Shown: one piece after another, positions 1 to 12,900 of the stretch
Layout of the letters: each line of letters starts with the position of its first letter
How positions within the stretch are numbered: the first letter of the stretch is position 1
Program-made: the position numbers and the translations under genes
NCBI GenBank assembly: GCA_965644295.1
Contig: CBFFRP010000367.1
Coordinates: 1 to 64,000, forward strand
Length of the DNA: 64,000 nucleotides
Source: Paraphysomonas bandaiensis
Taxonomy: Eukaryota > Protista > Chrysophyceae
Direction of reading: 5' to 3'
Notes under the pieces: model-generated
What the model was told of the DNA's origin: nothing
The model's input: the letters and a program-made list of their open reading frames with translations, nothing else
The model's database searches: none

Positions 1-3000
1 CTATTCGCTAACTATTGCCCATTGGTCAAGGACAAAAAAAAAGGTTTTGCTAAATATTTTACAGTGTCTGAGACACCAGGTGCACCCCGATGCTTGAATA
101 AGACTGTTGGCAACTGTAGTTCGACCATACTGTGTGACATTGATATGACCCGAAAGAGCACAGACGAACCATTGTCTTTTCTTGTAGCCATCCAACGTGT
201 TGCCAAAGAACTCTCTCAGAATCTAGAGCATGCATGCATGAGTGGCGTAGAGGTTATGCAAGAGCTAAATAGAGTTCAGGGTAAAACGTTTCAGGCGGTA
301 GCCCCATTCATTTCACAACTCCGATTGGCGTCGAACAGGGAAATCAGCAAGTGTCGTCAAGAAATTGGATGTTCAAAGAGAGATTCTTCTCTGAAAGAGT
401 ACCTCATACGGCCTGCGTCAATGCAATTAAATCAGACCCCGCCGGTACAGCATGTGCTTCAATGGATATAGTAGAGGGAACTTTTCCAGATGAAGTAGTT
501 CATGGGATGCACAAGACGTACTCTGCGATGCTTGATTTGGTTTGCTCGGATGACCCCCAGGTGTGGAAGAACCCTGTGTCCCGGCAATCGCTCCCCTCAT
601 CGCCTGTGCCCGTTTCACCTCCCATGTCCTCTCAGCAAAGATCTCATGCACGAAGGGTTTATTCGTGTATGTAAGACTGCGACGAATTGTGATATTATGC
701 CTGCGGTTGTAAGGGGTACGATGAGTTGGGTGAGAGAGATGTCGTTATGTACTCTGATATGCAGCGATATGCCACGATAGTAGCTAGTGAATTGCTCAAT
801 AAAGTGCCTTCTTTGATTGAGTCAAGCGTGGTGGCAGTTTGATGGATAAGGGTTGGGAACGATTTAGCTGTACTGGGTGTGCATATGGCTCAATGTGTCT
901 ATCTTCCTATGGATAGTCGTTCGTGGCCGGGCATCGTGTTACTCAGGTTCTGGATCTTAGCAAGTGCGCAGCAGTTTTGACTCAGTCTCGTGTACTGTCG
1001 TCCTGTCAGTGGCTTAACGAAATTAGCATTCCAGTCATGGATGTGAACTCAGTAATAACTCGGCATGGGAAGCACCACACACCTGATGTAGATTCAGTTC
1101 TGTGTCGTAGAAAACAGTAGATCCAACTGACCTTGCGTATCTAATTTACCTCCGGTTCTACGGGTGTACCGAAGGGTGTGCTGCTACCACCAGGGAGCTG
1201 TGAATACTATTGCGGATTTGAATGAGCGATTTTCGGTGACATCGTCAGATAGGGTGTTTGGCTTGTCGTATTAAGTTTCGATTTGTCGGTGTATGATATA
1301 TTCGGCTTGCTCTCCGCCGGCGGCACAGGTCGTGCTTCCCTTCGTCTAATTGTATACACCCCAGATCTGAAGAATGGATAGGGATTCTGACAGCAGAGAT
1401 GATTACAATATGGGACACTGTTCCAGCTTTCATGGAGTTGATGGTGACACACTGTGAGTATTCCAAATACTCAGCTCCCTGCTAGCTTGCGCCTGGTATA
1501 TATGAGTGGAGACTGGATTCCGTTGTCTCGCCCAAATCGTATACGTGCCGTGTCTGCATGTCCCGATATTCACCGCATCATTAGTATGGGCGGGGCGACA
1601 GAAGCGGCAATATGGTCAGATATGTTTGAGCTGAGTAAGGGATCTGGAATACCACCGGGGTGGTCAGCATACCGTATGGTCGACCACTCCGCAACCAAAC
1701 AATGTATGTTCTCAATGAGGAACTGGACAACTGTGAATCATGGGTGACTGGTGGTATCTATATTGGTGGGGCAGGTGTAGCAAAAGGATATTATAATAAC
1801 CCCGAGAGGACTCGATACCAGTTCATTGTGCACCCGCGAACTGGTGAGTCGCTGTTTCGCACTGGCGATTTGGGCCGTGTGCGTCCCTGTGGAAATATAG
1901 AGATATTGGGGCGTGAGGATTCACAGGTCAAGGTAAATGGGTTCCGCATAGAGCTAGGTGAGATCGAGCGTGTGCTGATGAAGGACAAGCGAGTATCATC
2001 GGCTGCGTTGACAGTGCATCATAATGCCCTGTGTGCGTATCTCGTATTGAGTGACATGAATGGATCTGTAGATATAGAGGGTAGCAGCGATTATAGTGAT
2101 GCTAGTCATGATGAGGTGTTTCAGAATTTGCGAGAGTTATGTCAAGATACACTTACTGACTATATGATTCCACGCCATTTTGTTGTATTAGATGAGATAC
2201 CACTCAGTGCCAACGGAAAGGTAGAACGAAGTCGACTTCCTCTTCCAGATGCAGTGTCCTCAGCATTTTTATCATCATCCATCCTTGATTCTAAAAAAGT
2301 TGATCCTTCGTCGAGATTAGAGGCTGCCATTGTGGAATCGTTTGCTGCTGTGTTGCAAATGGAAGAATCTCAAATATGCTGCCAAAGTGACTCGTTTTTC
2401 GCCCTAGGGGGAAATTCTGTTTCGGCAATTCAGTTGTTATTCCGGATACGGAGTGATAGTGGAGAGTCTATTAGTGTTCAGGAGCTATTCGCTGCGCCCA
2501 CTGTATGTGGTATTGCAGCAACCATCTCTGCTAGAAGCGCGAAGACATCTCAAAATGGCGCGCAGGTCATAGAAAGTGATGGTTACGAGATCATTTGCCT
2601 GCAGGCAGGGTCTTCTGACGAAGTTCCTCTTCTTCTCTTTAATCCTGCAGGCGCAACTGGACTCTGGTAAGTTTGATAGTGGAAAATACCATATTGCTCT
2701 AAAGTGTATTCACAGTTACTCTGACTTGTCCGAGCATCTAGATGGGAAGTATCCCGTCTACTGTCTCGATGACGGGGCGATTCTGAAGAATGTTGAGCGT
2801 AATGAATCCAGTATTGATGCAGTGGCCGAAAAATGCCTACCTCTCGTTGTCAAATTTGCAAGTGCATACGGGTGTGTTTTATCAGGTAGAAATTCGCCCG
2901 ATAGTGCAGTGAAAAAGGTAGTTCTAGGCGGATGGTCGTATGGTGGGGTCGTGGCTACAGTTGTGGCTGAAAAACTCTCCAGCACACCCACTCTCACGCG

Positions 3001-3463
3001 TTACAATGTGGACGACGCGTGTTCTTTGGAAATAGCGGGGATAGTACTTTTTGATGCTCCTCTACGGAATGGTTCTTCAAATCTGAATGATATGCAAAGT
3101 GCAGACGAAAATGCTACTGCTGATGATGTGAGGTCTTGGATAAACCAATTCCATGGGCAAAGTGAGGAACTTTCTACTGAGAAAACGGTTGCCTCACATT
3201 TTTCCTACTGCACATCACTCTTGCGAAGGTTTTATGAACGCCAAAAGCGTGAGCGTCCCCTGTTATCGTGTCCTGTGCTTGATATTAGAGCTTCGCAATC
3301 GACATATAACTGTAGTGTTGAAGATGTGGAGGAAGTTTCATCCGGCGTTATCAGCACACACAAAACTGCAGGCAGTCACTTTACCATGTTATTTGGAAAA
3401 AACACTGCAGGGGTTGCTAAACTGGTTAAAAATTCAATCGATTCGTGGAGAAATGTATTATAA
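1..3463 (+). CDS. Non-ribosomal peptide synthetase, terminal module Cy(heterocyclization)-A-PCP-TE. 5' end lies outside the window; the first ~1.66 kb carries several frameshifts (sequence errors or pseudogenisation)
   Basis: Cy C-terminal motifs (VGNCSSTILCDID, SGVEVMQELNR, QTP, EGTFPDEVVHGMHKTY) at 1-560. A-domain motifs: LAYLI.(T)SGSTGVPKG (~1132-1180), SFDLSVYDIFG, LVYMSGDWIP, ISMGGATEAAIWS, IPYGRPLRNQ, FRTGDLG, ILGREDSQVKVNGFRIELGEIE, PLSANGK. PCP motif DSFFALGGNS (~2390-2420). GT-AG intron 2667-2715 joins GATGL-C-YSDL into a TE with GWSYG, VLFDAP and GSHFTML. Confidence 0.9.
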
Positions 3464-3949
3464 TCGATGGAACGCTCGTATCAGAGGTATTTTTTTCGTG
3501 TTGACAAATTTCTCCATCATATGACACCTCTAATAGAGCATTCTACAATCAATATGTGTTTTGACTTTTCGGCGTCTTGTTGCTTTTGCACTCAGCATGG
3601 AATATCATGTGGTTTCACACATTATCATTCCATCGTGCTTTGTGTTAAACACAACGAATACGTTTTCTATCAGTAATAAATATATATATCATTAACGATA
3701 GATACTGGCTTGTTATTTCTAGCTGATACCTTTCGATTTGTACTATATATTGGTTGGATTTATTTCGAGTAAGATTTAAGTGTATTTGAGAAGTACGATA
3801 TGAATAGAAAATTAGTACAATTGTCTACAAGAATACTGTATATAATATATTCCTTCCACTCATAGAAATATATGTATGACGCCAAAAAAATTAATTAGAT
3901 TATATGATACAATAGTATGTATCGTAATATTTGTTGTATACTTCAACTG

Positions 3950-5462
3950 TCACATAACAGTACATCCATCCTCTCGACGTTGTGCTCTTTCTAGCAACGG
4001 AACAATATCTCTGGCGTGTAAGTAATTCGAGCTGTCGGCAAATTTTTTGTGAAGATCGACATAGAACTTGCTGCGAGGGTTGTTGTAAAAGTATATATCA
4101 TACTCCTTCGTGGTATGGATTCTACCCAGTAATTCATCAAGTGTGTACTTGGAGAACGGAAGGTCTTCATACATGGCATTGATATCGTCTGGGTTAAGAG
4201 ATGCAACAAGATGACTAACAAGCCAAAAACCCCTCGTGTAAGGAAAAGCTGGACCTTCGAATCTTTACAAGATACAATAAGTTCAAATATATATGGGCCT
4301 GAAGCAGACTACCTTAAGACGCGCTCCTTCTCTTCTTCATAGGACGCAATTTCATTAGTAAAACTTAGGGGATCAACTCCGCGCATCTACAAAAAGAAAC
4401 TCATAAATTGCAATATACCCCTACGACTAGTTCACCTTTAGTACGACATCTCCTTCGTCCTCTTCCAGAAGCGCTTTACGGCCTACATCTCTCATCCAAT
4501 CGCAACCCGAACTTTGTGCCCCAACACACGATATGAAGGTCAGCGGTGTGTGGGAGCTGTCACTACGCTCCCAAACAAAAGATCGTAGTTTCTCTAGAGA
4601 GGCATCAGTTGGAAGTGTTGCAGCTAGAACATAGTGGGCAGTTGGCTCATGCAGGTGTTGCGTGTGCCCTATACTTTCTTGTAGGGCAGTTAATACCGGG
4701 CAAGAAGTGCTGAGGCCCTCCTTCTCGCTCTACTGCTCTAAAAGCGGACGCTATAGTCGAATGAGCTTCTCTCATAAACTCACTTGGAGGGCGCCCTCGG
4801 GGGGAAAGGGTCGCCACTCGAGGACACCGCATAAATCGGATAGATATGCTCCGCACTGGTATAAAAGCCAGTAAGTCTACAAATATATGAAGCTTGTTCT
4901 GCGTCTCCCTCCAGCGGGACATGGGAGCTTCTTCATCAGATTCGGAGCCTGAACTATTGTCGCCGTGCTCTCTCTGATGACCAGTGGCAAGAGTATTCCT
5001 ATCGTAAGACATCACATTGGTACAAAGTGATACATGAAACTCTTACTCAACGTCATCGGTCATAGACGCATTGTCCCCAATGATAAAATTCAAGTGGTAG
5101 TTTCTTAGAGCGAGCAGCTTATCGAGCAGCCCTATGGGTATATTATACTGCTCAAAGTACTGGCATATCTCTTCAAATAGATGCATCCGCTCATGAGGGA
5201 CCCCTGAGACAAACTCCCTGCAGTACTCGGGTGATCTCATGGTCCGTCGAGCGGCTGTAACGCTCTCTGCAAGCCTGCATTCCATATTGATCCCTGTGTC
5301 CCTCTCTATCGCTATACTCGCATGCTCCGCCTCATCTATGCTAGATACTATAGCCAGACGATTCGACTCATCGTACTGGTAGTACTTCTCCAACAACATA
5401 CCAGATGTATGCTCTCGTCGCTCATGCAGAGCTCCGTCTTTAAATATATATCTCCTCGGCAT
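3950..5462 (-). CDS. Multi-exon von Willebrand factor A-like domain protein (degenerate MIDAS); exon boundaries uncertain
   Basis: ORFs 5043-5462, 4647-5015 and 3950-4174 on the same strand. LNFIIGDNASM followed by SRWRET...LHIFVDLLAF...ISIRFM resembles the DDSGSM...TRWxE vWA pattern. A GTAAG donor lies just after DDVE. Confidence 0.55.
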
Positions 5463-7105
5463 TATGAGTTCCTTGTGGCTCTATATATACATACATACAC
5501 AGTGCTGTGCTGTCGATGTACACTGTCTCAAAGTCATCTGCAGTTGAAATTGGCTTACCCTCCCGAAGTTGAAGACTCTTCATCATCATGATTTTCTCCA
5601 CGTTACAACCAATTATATGCTAGCTATCGTATTTGATTTGCTGAAGTGGGATGTATTTTGTTCTTCAACATTGAGACTGTAGGTAGGAAGTCGGAAGTCA
5701 TATGCTGCTGCTGGTGTTCCCTTGCGAACAGAATTTCATCCAATGATATTGATCTAAAAATATATATACTCTCTGGATTGGTCAATCCGAAATCTTGAAT
5801 GCTGCTGTATTTGGTGTATAGACGGTATTCTTATGTTGTGTGCACAACCACTACAATACAATACAGGAATCGATTAATATCCAATGATTTCCGAACTCTT
5901 GATGATGATTAGTCGAGTGTCATAATTTAGTTGTATGTTGTGGTATATGATGAAGAGATGCACGGAACGATGGGATGTGGCTACTCCTTCTGTGATGTAT
6001 GGATTTACTTACTGTGTGATTGTGAGGCACGCAACTGGATCATCATTCTTTTATCAGCTTGATCTCGCTCTGTGTTGGTTGTTGTCGCTTACACTTTCAT
6101 CTGTTCAGCGCTTTACATTCCAAGGAAGCTGGTTTATTACATAGGGGTATAACCACACAGAAGACACCAAAAGATCAAATCAAAAGACTCGATAAAGCTG
6201 TATTCCAGTATACAGAAACTACACTAAGTTATGATGACTTTGTGTTAGGTTTTTTGGTGTGTCTGAAGGCATTTAGTGCCACAGAAGCTTTAAATAACCC
6301 TCTGGTTTCGTATCAGTTATAATTTTTCAGTTCGGCAATGAGGTTTCAACCTGAGTTCCTCTACAGTAAATTTTCTAGGGTTAAAGGCCTCTTAAATTAT
6401 CGTTGACGATGGATGAAGATGTAACAATTATTGGTTCCGTCAATCATCCGAAGATCGATGACTTCCTCTGCTTTGAACTGAGATCCCGTATATAGGACCC
6501 TTTTCACTCGACATGCAACCTCATAGTAAGCCTTTGTTGCTTAACATTAGCATTGATTCAGTTGTCATGATGTGTGTGTAACGCTGGGTATATTGTGTGC
6601 ACCACATAACCATTACATTGAGCACTAGTTCCTGCTGTGATTGCTCTATATACAGCGGTTTACTTTTCTGACACCAAAGATATATATTATTACTACAGAC
6701 AACTACTCATGTTGTGGACGTTATATGTGCCAGTATTTTTCTGTATCATATATATACAGTTGTATGGTTCATACGTGATGCACAGAAACACTGCGCACAG
6801 TGCCGTGTCCTTTTCGGTATACTGATTTTTAGAATTTACAATGACGATCGTTATAATAACGTTATTGAATCTTCAACATATACTATTATTAATTCAGTTT
6901 GTGATATATTTCATTGAACACTATAATTCACATATACAATTGTATAATCGAGATTGCCATGATATTAGACTATTACCTATAAAGAATGTGAATGCAGTGG
7001 TTGACCGTCGATTGAGGTGGCATCGCATCCAGCCGCTATCACAGTATCCTGATAATGTTATGTTGGATCCAGAATATGTCAGTCCTTATTTGGCAATACA
7101 GGCAG

Positions 7106-9020
7106 TTAGATTAGGCAAATCAGAGAATCGTCAAAAGTATTGACAGCGAATGCAATTTCTGGTCGAGTACACACACCTAAGTGCATCAAAGAGCGAATGA
7201 GTTCATTGTAGGGGAAATTCTGAACATAGCTTTGATTTGAGTATGATAGATTGTTGAATTCATGTAGATCATAGTTAAATGAGAGCAACATAGGTGTGGA
7301 CATGGAATCGCAGTCAGACATGTTAAATTTATCCAGCAGTTTGATAACATATATTGCTCCTGGCTGAACGTCGTGGTATTTTTGTCGAAATCCTGATTGA
7401 TGGAAATGCCTAAGTAGTAGTCCAGGGGTCCGAGTTCCGTGATTTAGAACTTTTTTTTTGATAAGGCTTTTGAATTCTTGGATGTCGATATCTGACTCCG
7501 ACGCGATAATGTGGTCATCGACATACATGGCAATTAGCATAATTCTGCCGTCGATATGTTTTTTAAATATGCACGAGTCAGATACTAATCTAGTATACCC
7601 ATGTCTAACATGAAATTAGTACAACATTTATACCAGTTTAGACCGGCTTGTTTAGATCCGTAGATACTTTTTAATAATCTGAGTACCTTGATATCGGGGA
7701 TGTTCATATATGGAGGGGGATACATATGTAGATTTCTTCCTCAAGGTTGGCATTGATGTAAGCGATGGTAAAATCGATCTCTGGTGGAGTTTGAGATTCA
7801 CAATAGTTGCAAGGGCGATGATGGTCCGTCGTGATGTCGCCTTCTTGGCTACAGGGATGTACGTTTCATTGTAATCGATGCCAGGTATTTGGGTGAATCC
7901 CTGAGCAACCAGTTGAGCTTTGAATTTTATATCATATATATCGCTTTCTTTTAATTTTAAAATTAAGCTTTCCTTTTATGGCTCACGCTCCCGATGGTAT
8001 CTCTAGTATCCTTTCTTTTGGAGAGTGGAAAAGTTTTATTGATCGCGTCAATGCAATTTTGAATCGAGAATTGATACGTTTGTGAGCAACTGCTCTATAT
8101 TCCGTGTATTCCTCGGTATATCGTTAGACGTCGTCTGCAGCGTGTATAGGTCGTCGAGTTGAATAATACTGCCGCTATTATCCTAGTCCACGGTACGCTG
8201 CAATTAGTCCTTTTTTCACTTTTATCTGTGTTATTACGCAGGTTAGGCCATCATCCGGGCCAATATGTAAGAGTCCTATGAGGTATTTGAAACTCTCAAT
8301 CGTCCTGGAGGTCTCGTTTTCTTTGAATATTTTCGTCAATTTCTGTAAATATTTTTTATCTGGTGATGGAATACATTCATTGAAGGAAACGTGTCCTGAT
8401 AATACAAAACCTCTTAGTACCGGGACAAAGGTTATGTTACCCGGTCCATCCTCACGATAACCCATAAAATAGCCGGATAAACGATGTCTGTCCCAATTGT
8501 TCCTTCGAAGGCTGGAATCAATATTTACAAAACATTTACATCCCCAATTCCTGCGTAGCTCAGATCGGGGATTTCATTTTCAACGAATTGTAACATAAAT
8601 CCCTTTGCAGTTGAGCATGACAATGTGTTTTTCAGATATATGTAGATGTGTTTCACAGCATCATGTTCCCAGAAATTGGCCGCAAGGCCAGAATCCATTA
8701 GACTGATGAGTGCTCGTTGTTTAATCGTTCTCCAGGTCGTTCCTGAAATGGATTATCGTCGGGGGTATAGGGAGAATTAACAGTCTACCTATAAGGAGGT
8801 AATCCAATGCTTTACTGGATATTAATTCTGGCTACAGTCGGCGTGATAATGTTTACCTTTACTCCGCAGGTATGTAATGATACTCCGGATAGAATCGATG
8901 ACAAAGTCTTCATCTCTCGTTTTTACGTAGAAATTCCATTTGACGGGAGGCTTTTCATTGCTTTTATATGGGACTTTCCGCTCACACAAACCAGGGAGAG
9001 AGGCAGCACTAATCTCCACC
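7106..9020 (-). mobile_element. Degenerate Ty1/copia LTR-retrotransposon pol remnant (integrase, then reverse transcriptase)
   Basis: RT motifs IAMYVDDHIIAS, PYNELIRSLMHLGVCTRPEIAFAV (7106-7540) and [21 protein letters not shown] (~7860-7925). Integrase-region motifs PYTP..NP, NFWEH and GYFMGY (8460-8770). Copia order INT-RT, with many stops and frameshifts; no LTRs recognised. Confidence 0.85.
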
Positions 9021-9661
9021 TTCGTAAGCTTGACACCGGTCTCAGTAGAGATTGTATTGCTTTCTGTGTAAACCCGATGGAAGCGTGTGCGAGTCTTTTG
9101 TATTCTAAGACTGCAGGTCGTCCTGAAGAAGTAGAAGCGAGATGAGATTCTTCAATGGAAGTCCTGAGATCTGATAATGGGATTTCATAAATCCTCCAAG
9201 TTGCTTACCCTTTGTGAGCAATATTCCGCCTTTTGATTATCTCCAGAAGTCTACTGATCCTTCGGGTGTTACAGGAGATCACAGTATATCTGATGCGTCA
9301 AGCAAGGCCCGTGCTAATGCTAAACACAAGATTTCTGCTGGTAAAAAGAGAATTCTCCGAAGTAAGAGAATGGCAAGAAAAAGGGTACACATGTAATGTT
9401 AATGCCTGTCGTGTATTAAATCATACGGCACATGATAAACAATAATGCATAAGTGAACTACATATGACTCTCCTCAACTGACGCAGATATATATTACGGC
9501 CTTATCGTCATCAGCTCAAGAAGCAATATGGCTACGCTCTTTATTATAAGAAATTGGATTCAACCTCCCATTATTTACACACACTAAATACAGTAACATT
9601 TATCGACACACTAAGGAATACTAACCGGCTATAAGTTGTTGGATACAATATCAATGCTGCC

Positions 9662-10552
9662 CTAAATCCCATTGATGGGACATTGGTTATTCATTTTCGC
9701 TATCCGCTTACTCCTACGTCTCATAAACTTTTCATACTCGGCCTCCACTAAAGTTGCTGACACTTTTGCTAGCATTTTCCTCAAGACTTCATCATCAGTT
9801 AGCTGGTATGCTGTAGACCCACCATTGTCAACAACACGAGGATCTGCGCCTGCTGCAAGGAGGAGTTCAGCTGCATGTACGGTCTTCTGCAATGCGGCGT
9901 ACATGAGAGGAGTACGCCCATCAGCGTCCTGAACATTCAGTATAGAACCCCCCTTCACAGCTTCACATAGTTCAGCTAGTACATCTTTGTACATGCTATG
10001 TCCTCCCAGCTGTCTCGTCGCGAAATGAAGAGCCGACCAGCCATACCGGTCTTTAATCGATATATCCGCACCAGCACCTAGCAGCATTCTTACGGTTTTA
10101 AGATGGCCATGTGTCACAGCTTTCATGAGAGGAGTTCTTCCGTTGGCGTCAATGCTATTTACAGGAACTCCCACCCCAATTAAAAAGCGACAGTATTCCG
10201 TGAAACCTTTCATGGCACCGATAGCAACAGCATTCCAACCATGATTATCTACATGACTCATATTTGCACCCGCCGAATAAAGTTGTCTTGCTATATCTGT
10301 ACAATTCATATCCACTTCATCCACTGACTTCTTCTGAGGGTCGAAACCGCATTGTAGTAAACTCGTCCGGCCATTCACACTCTCCACTCTGTTAACATCA
10401 ATTTGAAGATGAGATGTAATGATGCCCGATTCTTTTTCATGCAGTAAATCTTGTACATATTTAGAGTCAGCAACTAACACTGCAGACTGCAATCGATCTC
10501 TGGCAGCATGAGAGGCAGATAGATACAAGAGGAGCAGTAATAGCCGAATCAT
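9662..10552 (-). CDS. Ankyrin-repeat protein with N-terminal signal peptide
   Basis: 296-aa ORF. MIRLLLLLLYLSASHA leader; ankyrin motifs GRTPLMKAVTHGHLKTVRMLLGAGAD, GWSALHFA and GRTPLMYAA...LLLAAGADP. Confidence 0.85.
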   Translation of the reverse strand: MIRLLLLLLYLSASHAARDRLQSAVLVADSKYVQDLLHEKESGIITSHLQIDVNRVESVNGRTSLLQCGFDPQKKSVDEVDMNCTDIARQLYSAGANMSHVDNHGWNAVAIGAMKGFTEYCRFLIGVGVPVNSIDANGRTPLMKAVTHGHLKTVRMLLGAGADISIKDRYGWSALHFATRQLGGHSMYKDVLAELCEAVKGGSILNVQDADGRTPLMYAALQKTVHAAELLLAAGADPRVVDNGGSTAYQLTDDEVLRKMLAKVSATLVEAEYEKFMRRRSKRIAKMNNQCPINGI

Positions 10553-11034
10553 TGTAGCGGGTTAATGGCTGTGATCCATAGTAAGCTTATGAGATATACT
10601 CGATGTTCTTGAATTAAGTGGGTTGCGTGTTTATCAGTGATACTATCTGGCTAGAGATGGCAAGAGACCTCTGAGGGGGCTTTAACGCATGTACACCTAT
10701 ATGCTGTATGTGTACGACAGTGATATACAGCAGTGTGTGATATACGCAGCAGTGCATGCCATGCCGCATGTGTATGTGTCTACAGCAGCATGAAAGGATC
10801 TACAGCAGTATACCGTATACCCGTTCTGTATATCCTGTAGATACACTGTACGCATATATGATATGTATCTAAACCATACACACACCACATACCTCTATAG
10901 CTATCTGCCCTCACTGTCACAACACAGACAATATACATCACAGATTAACACACATCTTGGGCACTACAAGTTAAGCTCCTTGAATAGAGTGATGGATCTT
11001 CACAGCAGTTTATCCACAACTCCTTTCGAGGCGG

Positions 11035-12900
11035 ATGAAAGTGGACGTGATATTAAATATGAAGGATGCAAACAGATCGATGAGAGATCTACCTCATCTA
11101 TTTGTGGATGAGGTCATCAAACAATCAGTGCATCATATAGCCGACCAGAGGAATGAGCGACCACATCAAGTGGGTCTGTTTGTGGACCGAGTCATCAGAG
11201 AGGGGATGTGTCATGTCGTGTCGCCGAATGAGAAACATTCATTACAAAAGATTCAGATGTCGGCATGTCGAAGAAAACGTGCAGACTCTGGAAGTTTGGA
11301 TTCAGAGTTACCGTTAGCAAGCAATATGAATGAACAGATTAGCTCACATACAATAGCATCCGGTGGTTTGGTTGAGACAGCATGCAGACAATGTGACATT
11401 GGTGTGGCGAGTTCACCTCAAGTAAAATTCAAGTGTACTACAGGCAATATATATAGTCCTACGTCAAGTACCTCGTCATGTATTCCTTCAAGCAGTTCGT
11501 CGTCAGACTCTGAGTCTGATGATTCTAATGATACGGTTGACACAGATTCCGATGATACTGTTGACACAGATTCCGATGACACGGATACACCTTCCGATGA
11601 CGACAATACACTTCCATCTTTAGACAGCCAAAAGGTTTCACAGAACAAAAATCAATGTAACGACAAGTTAAATTCAGATTCATTATCTCCTCTTGGTATA
11701 TCTCAGGTTTCCTTGTTACCATCAGCCGAGCCTACCCGTAATGTAGGTGAGAGACTATGCAATCAACGTATCGGGCACGTACGTGCTCGTAAATCGGACC
11801 CTCCTCGCCCCATGATAGCTTCTGTAACTCCGGGCAGACGAGTGTCTATGACATGCCTTAGTGGTCGCCCTGAGACTCTTCCTGTGGTCAAAAACGTGAC
11901 GTCTAGTTTGTGCGGCACGAATAGTTATACCGGAAATAACTCCTCAGTGAGTGGAAGTAATGGTTTGTCCGGAAGCTCGAGCGTAAAATGCCTCCCTTCT
12001 AAAGATTCTGATATCATTCCTCGGCCTGGAAATTCACGGTCTGGAAGGCGCCAGTCTGTAGCAAGCATTGCTGGACTGGGAGTGCTAGTAAACAAGACTC
12101 GTCCAAGCACCACTGGTGCAGGAAGAAGACCCTCTGTTACTCATATCACTCCACCCCTTACATCTCGTCCAGCCCCGACTGCGAGAATGGGGCGCCGAGC
12201 TACACTTTCGAAGTTATCTCAGCCTATTACTCCTTCCGCTAGGAAGGTATCCAAACCACCGCTAAGGCCCCAACAAGAGGAGAGAGAGAACACTTGCGCG
12301 GTGGCTCACCTCTCTCTTAACGAAGTTTTACTTGTGCATAAGTGTGCAAGGAAGTTTATGAGGAGTATTAGAAAAGGTTCTTCCGCCGCTGTACAGGTGT
12401 TTTCCGGACCAAAACTTTTCTGGCGGCTACGATGTAGCGTTGTAGTCACTGTATTTGAACACGAGGACAATGACTGTTTTGAAATTATCACCACTGATGT
12501 AGACAACAAACTGATGTTCCCGCGACTCTATGTACGGCCATCATTAGTTTACAAGCTCAAAATGGAAGACTTTCAAAGCAAGTTGAGAAGCATCTATGAG
12601 TCGCGAAGAGACTTGCTGGATAGAGCGCAGCGTACATGTGCTGCTGAATTCATTGTTGATACTCTTGCCGTTGACCTTTCGACCACATTGCCCGACAGAG
12701 TGAATTTGACCCTTAAACGACTTGGTATGTAACATTTTGTACCCACTCTTCATATGTTTTACTGGCTGTTTTCTGAATGTGTAGCATGCTATTTTAGTAC
12801 TAGGGTGATCTTATATTCATGTACTGCAGGAGAAAATGGCGAGCATGAGTCAATTAATATTGCGAAGCCAGCAGATGTCATGCCTGTGCATCTCACTTAA
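11035..12900 (+). CDS. Hypothetical protein with a Ser/Asp/Arg-rich disordered region and a globular C-terminal part
   Basis: 565-aa ORF 11035-12732. Probable intron 12725-12829 (GTATGT...TGCAG) gives a last exon ending at TAA 12900. Start codon uncertain. Confidence 0.6.
11521..11600 (+). repeat. Coding 24-bp tandem repeat, about 3 copies (DSDDTVDT)
   Basis: gattctaatgatacggttgacaca / gattccgatgatactgttgacaca / gattccgatgacacggataca. Confidence 0.75.

Noticed and set aside
1-3463. Bacterial contaminant explanation for the NRPS
   Set aside because: It contains a canonical short GT-AG intron like the neighbouring genes and is contiguous with eukaryotic sequence.
5500-6600. Short ORFs possibly from a decayed DNA transposon
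   Set aside because: No diagnostic catalytic motifs or terminal repeats seen.
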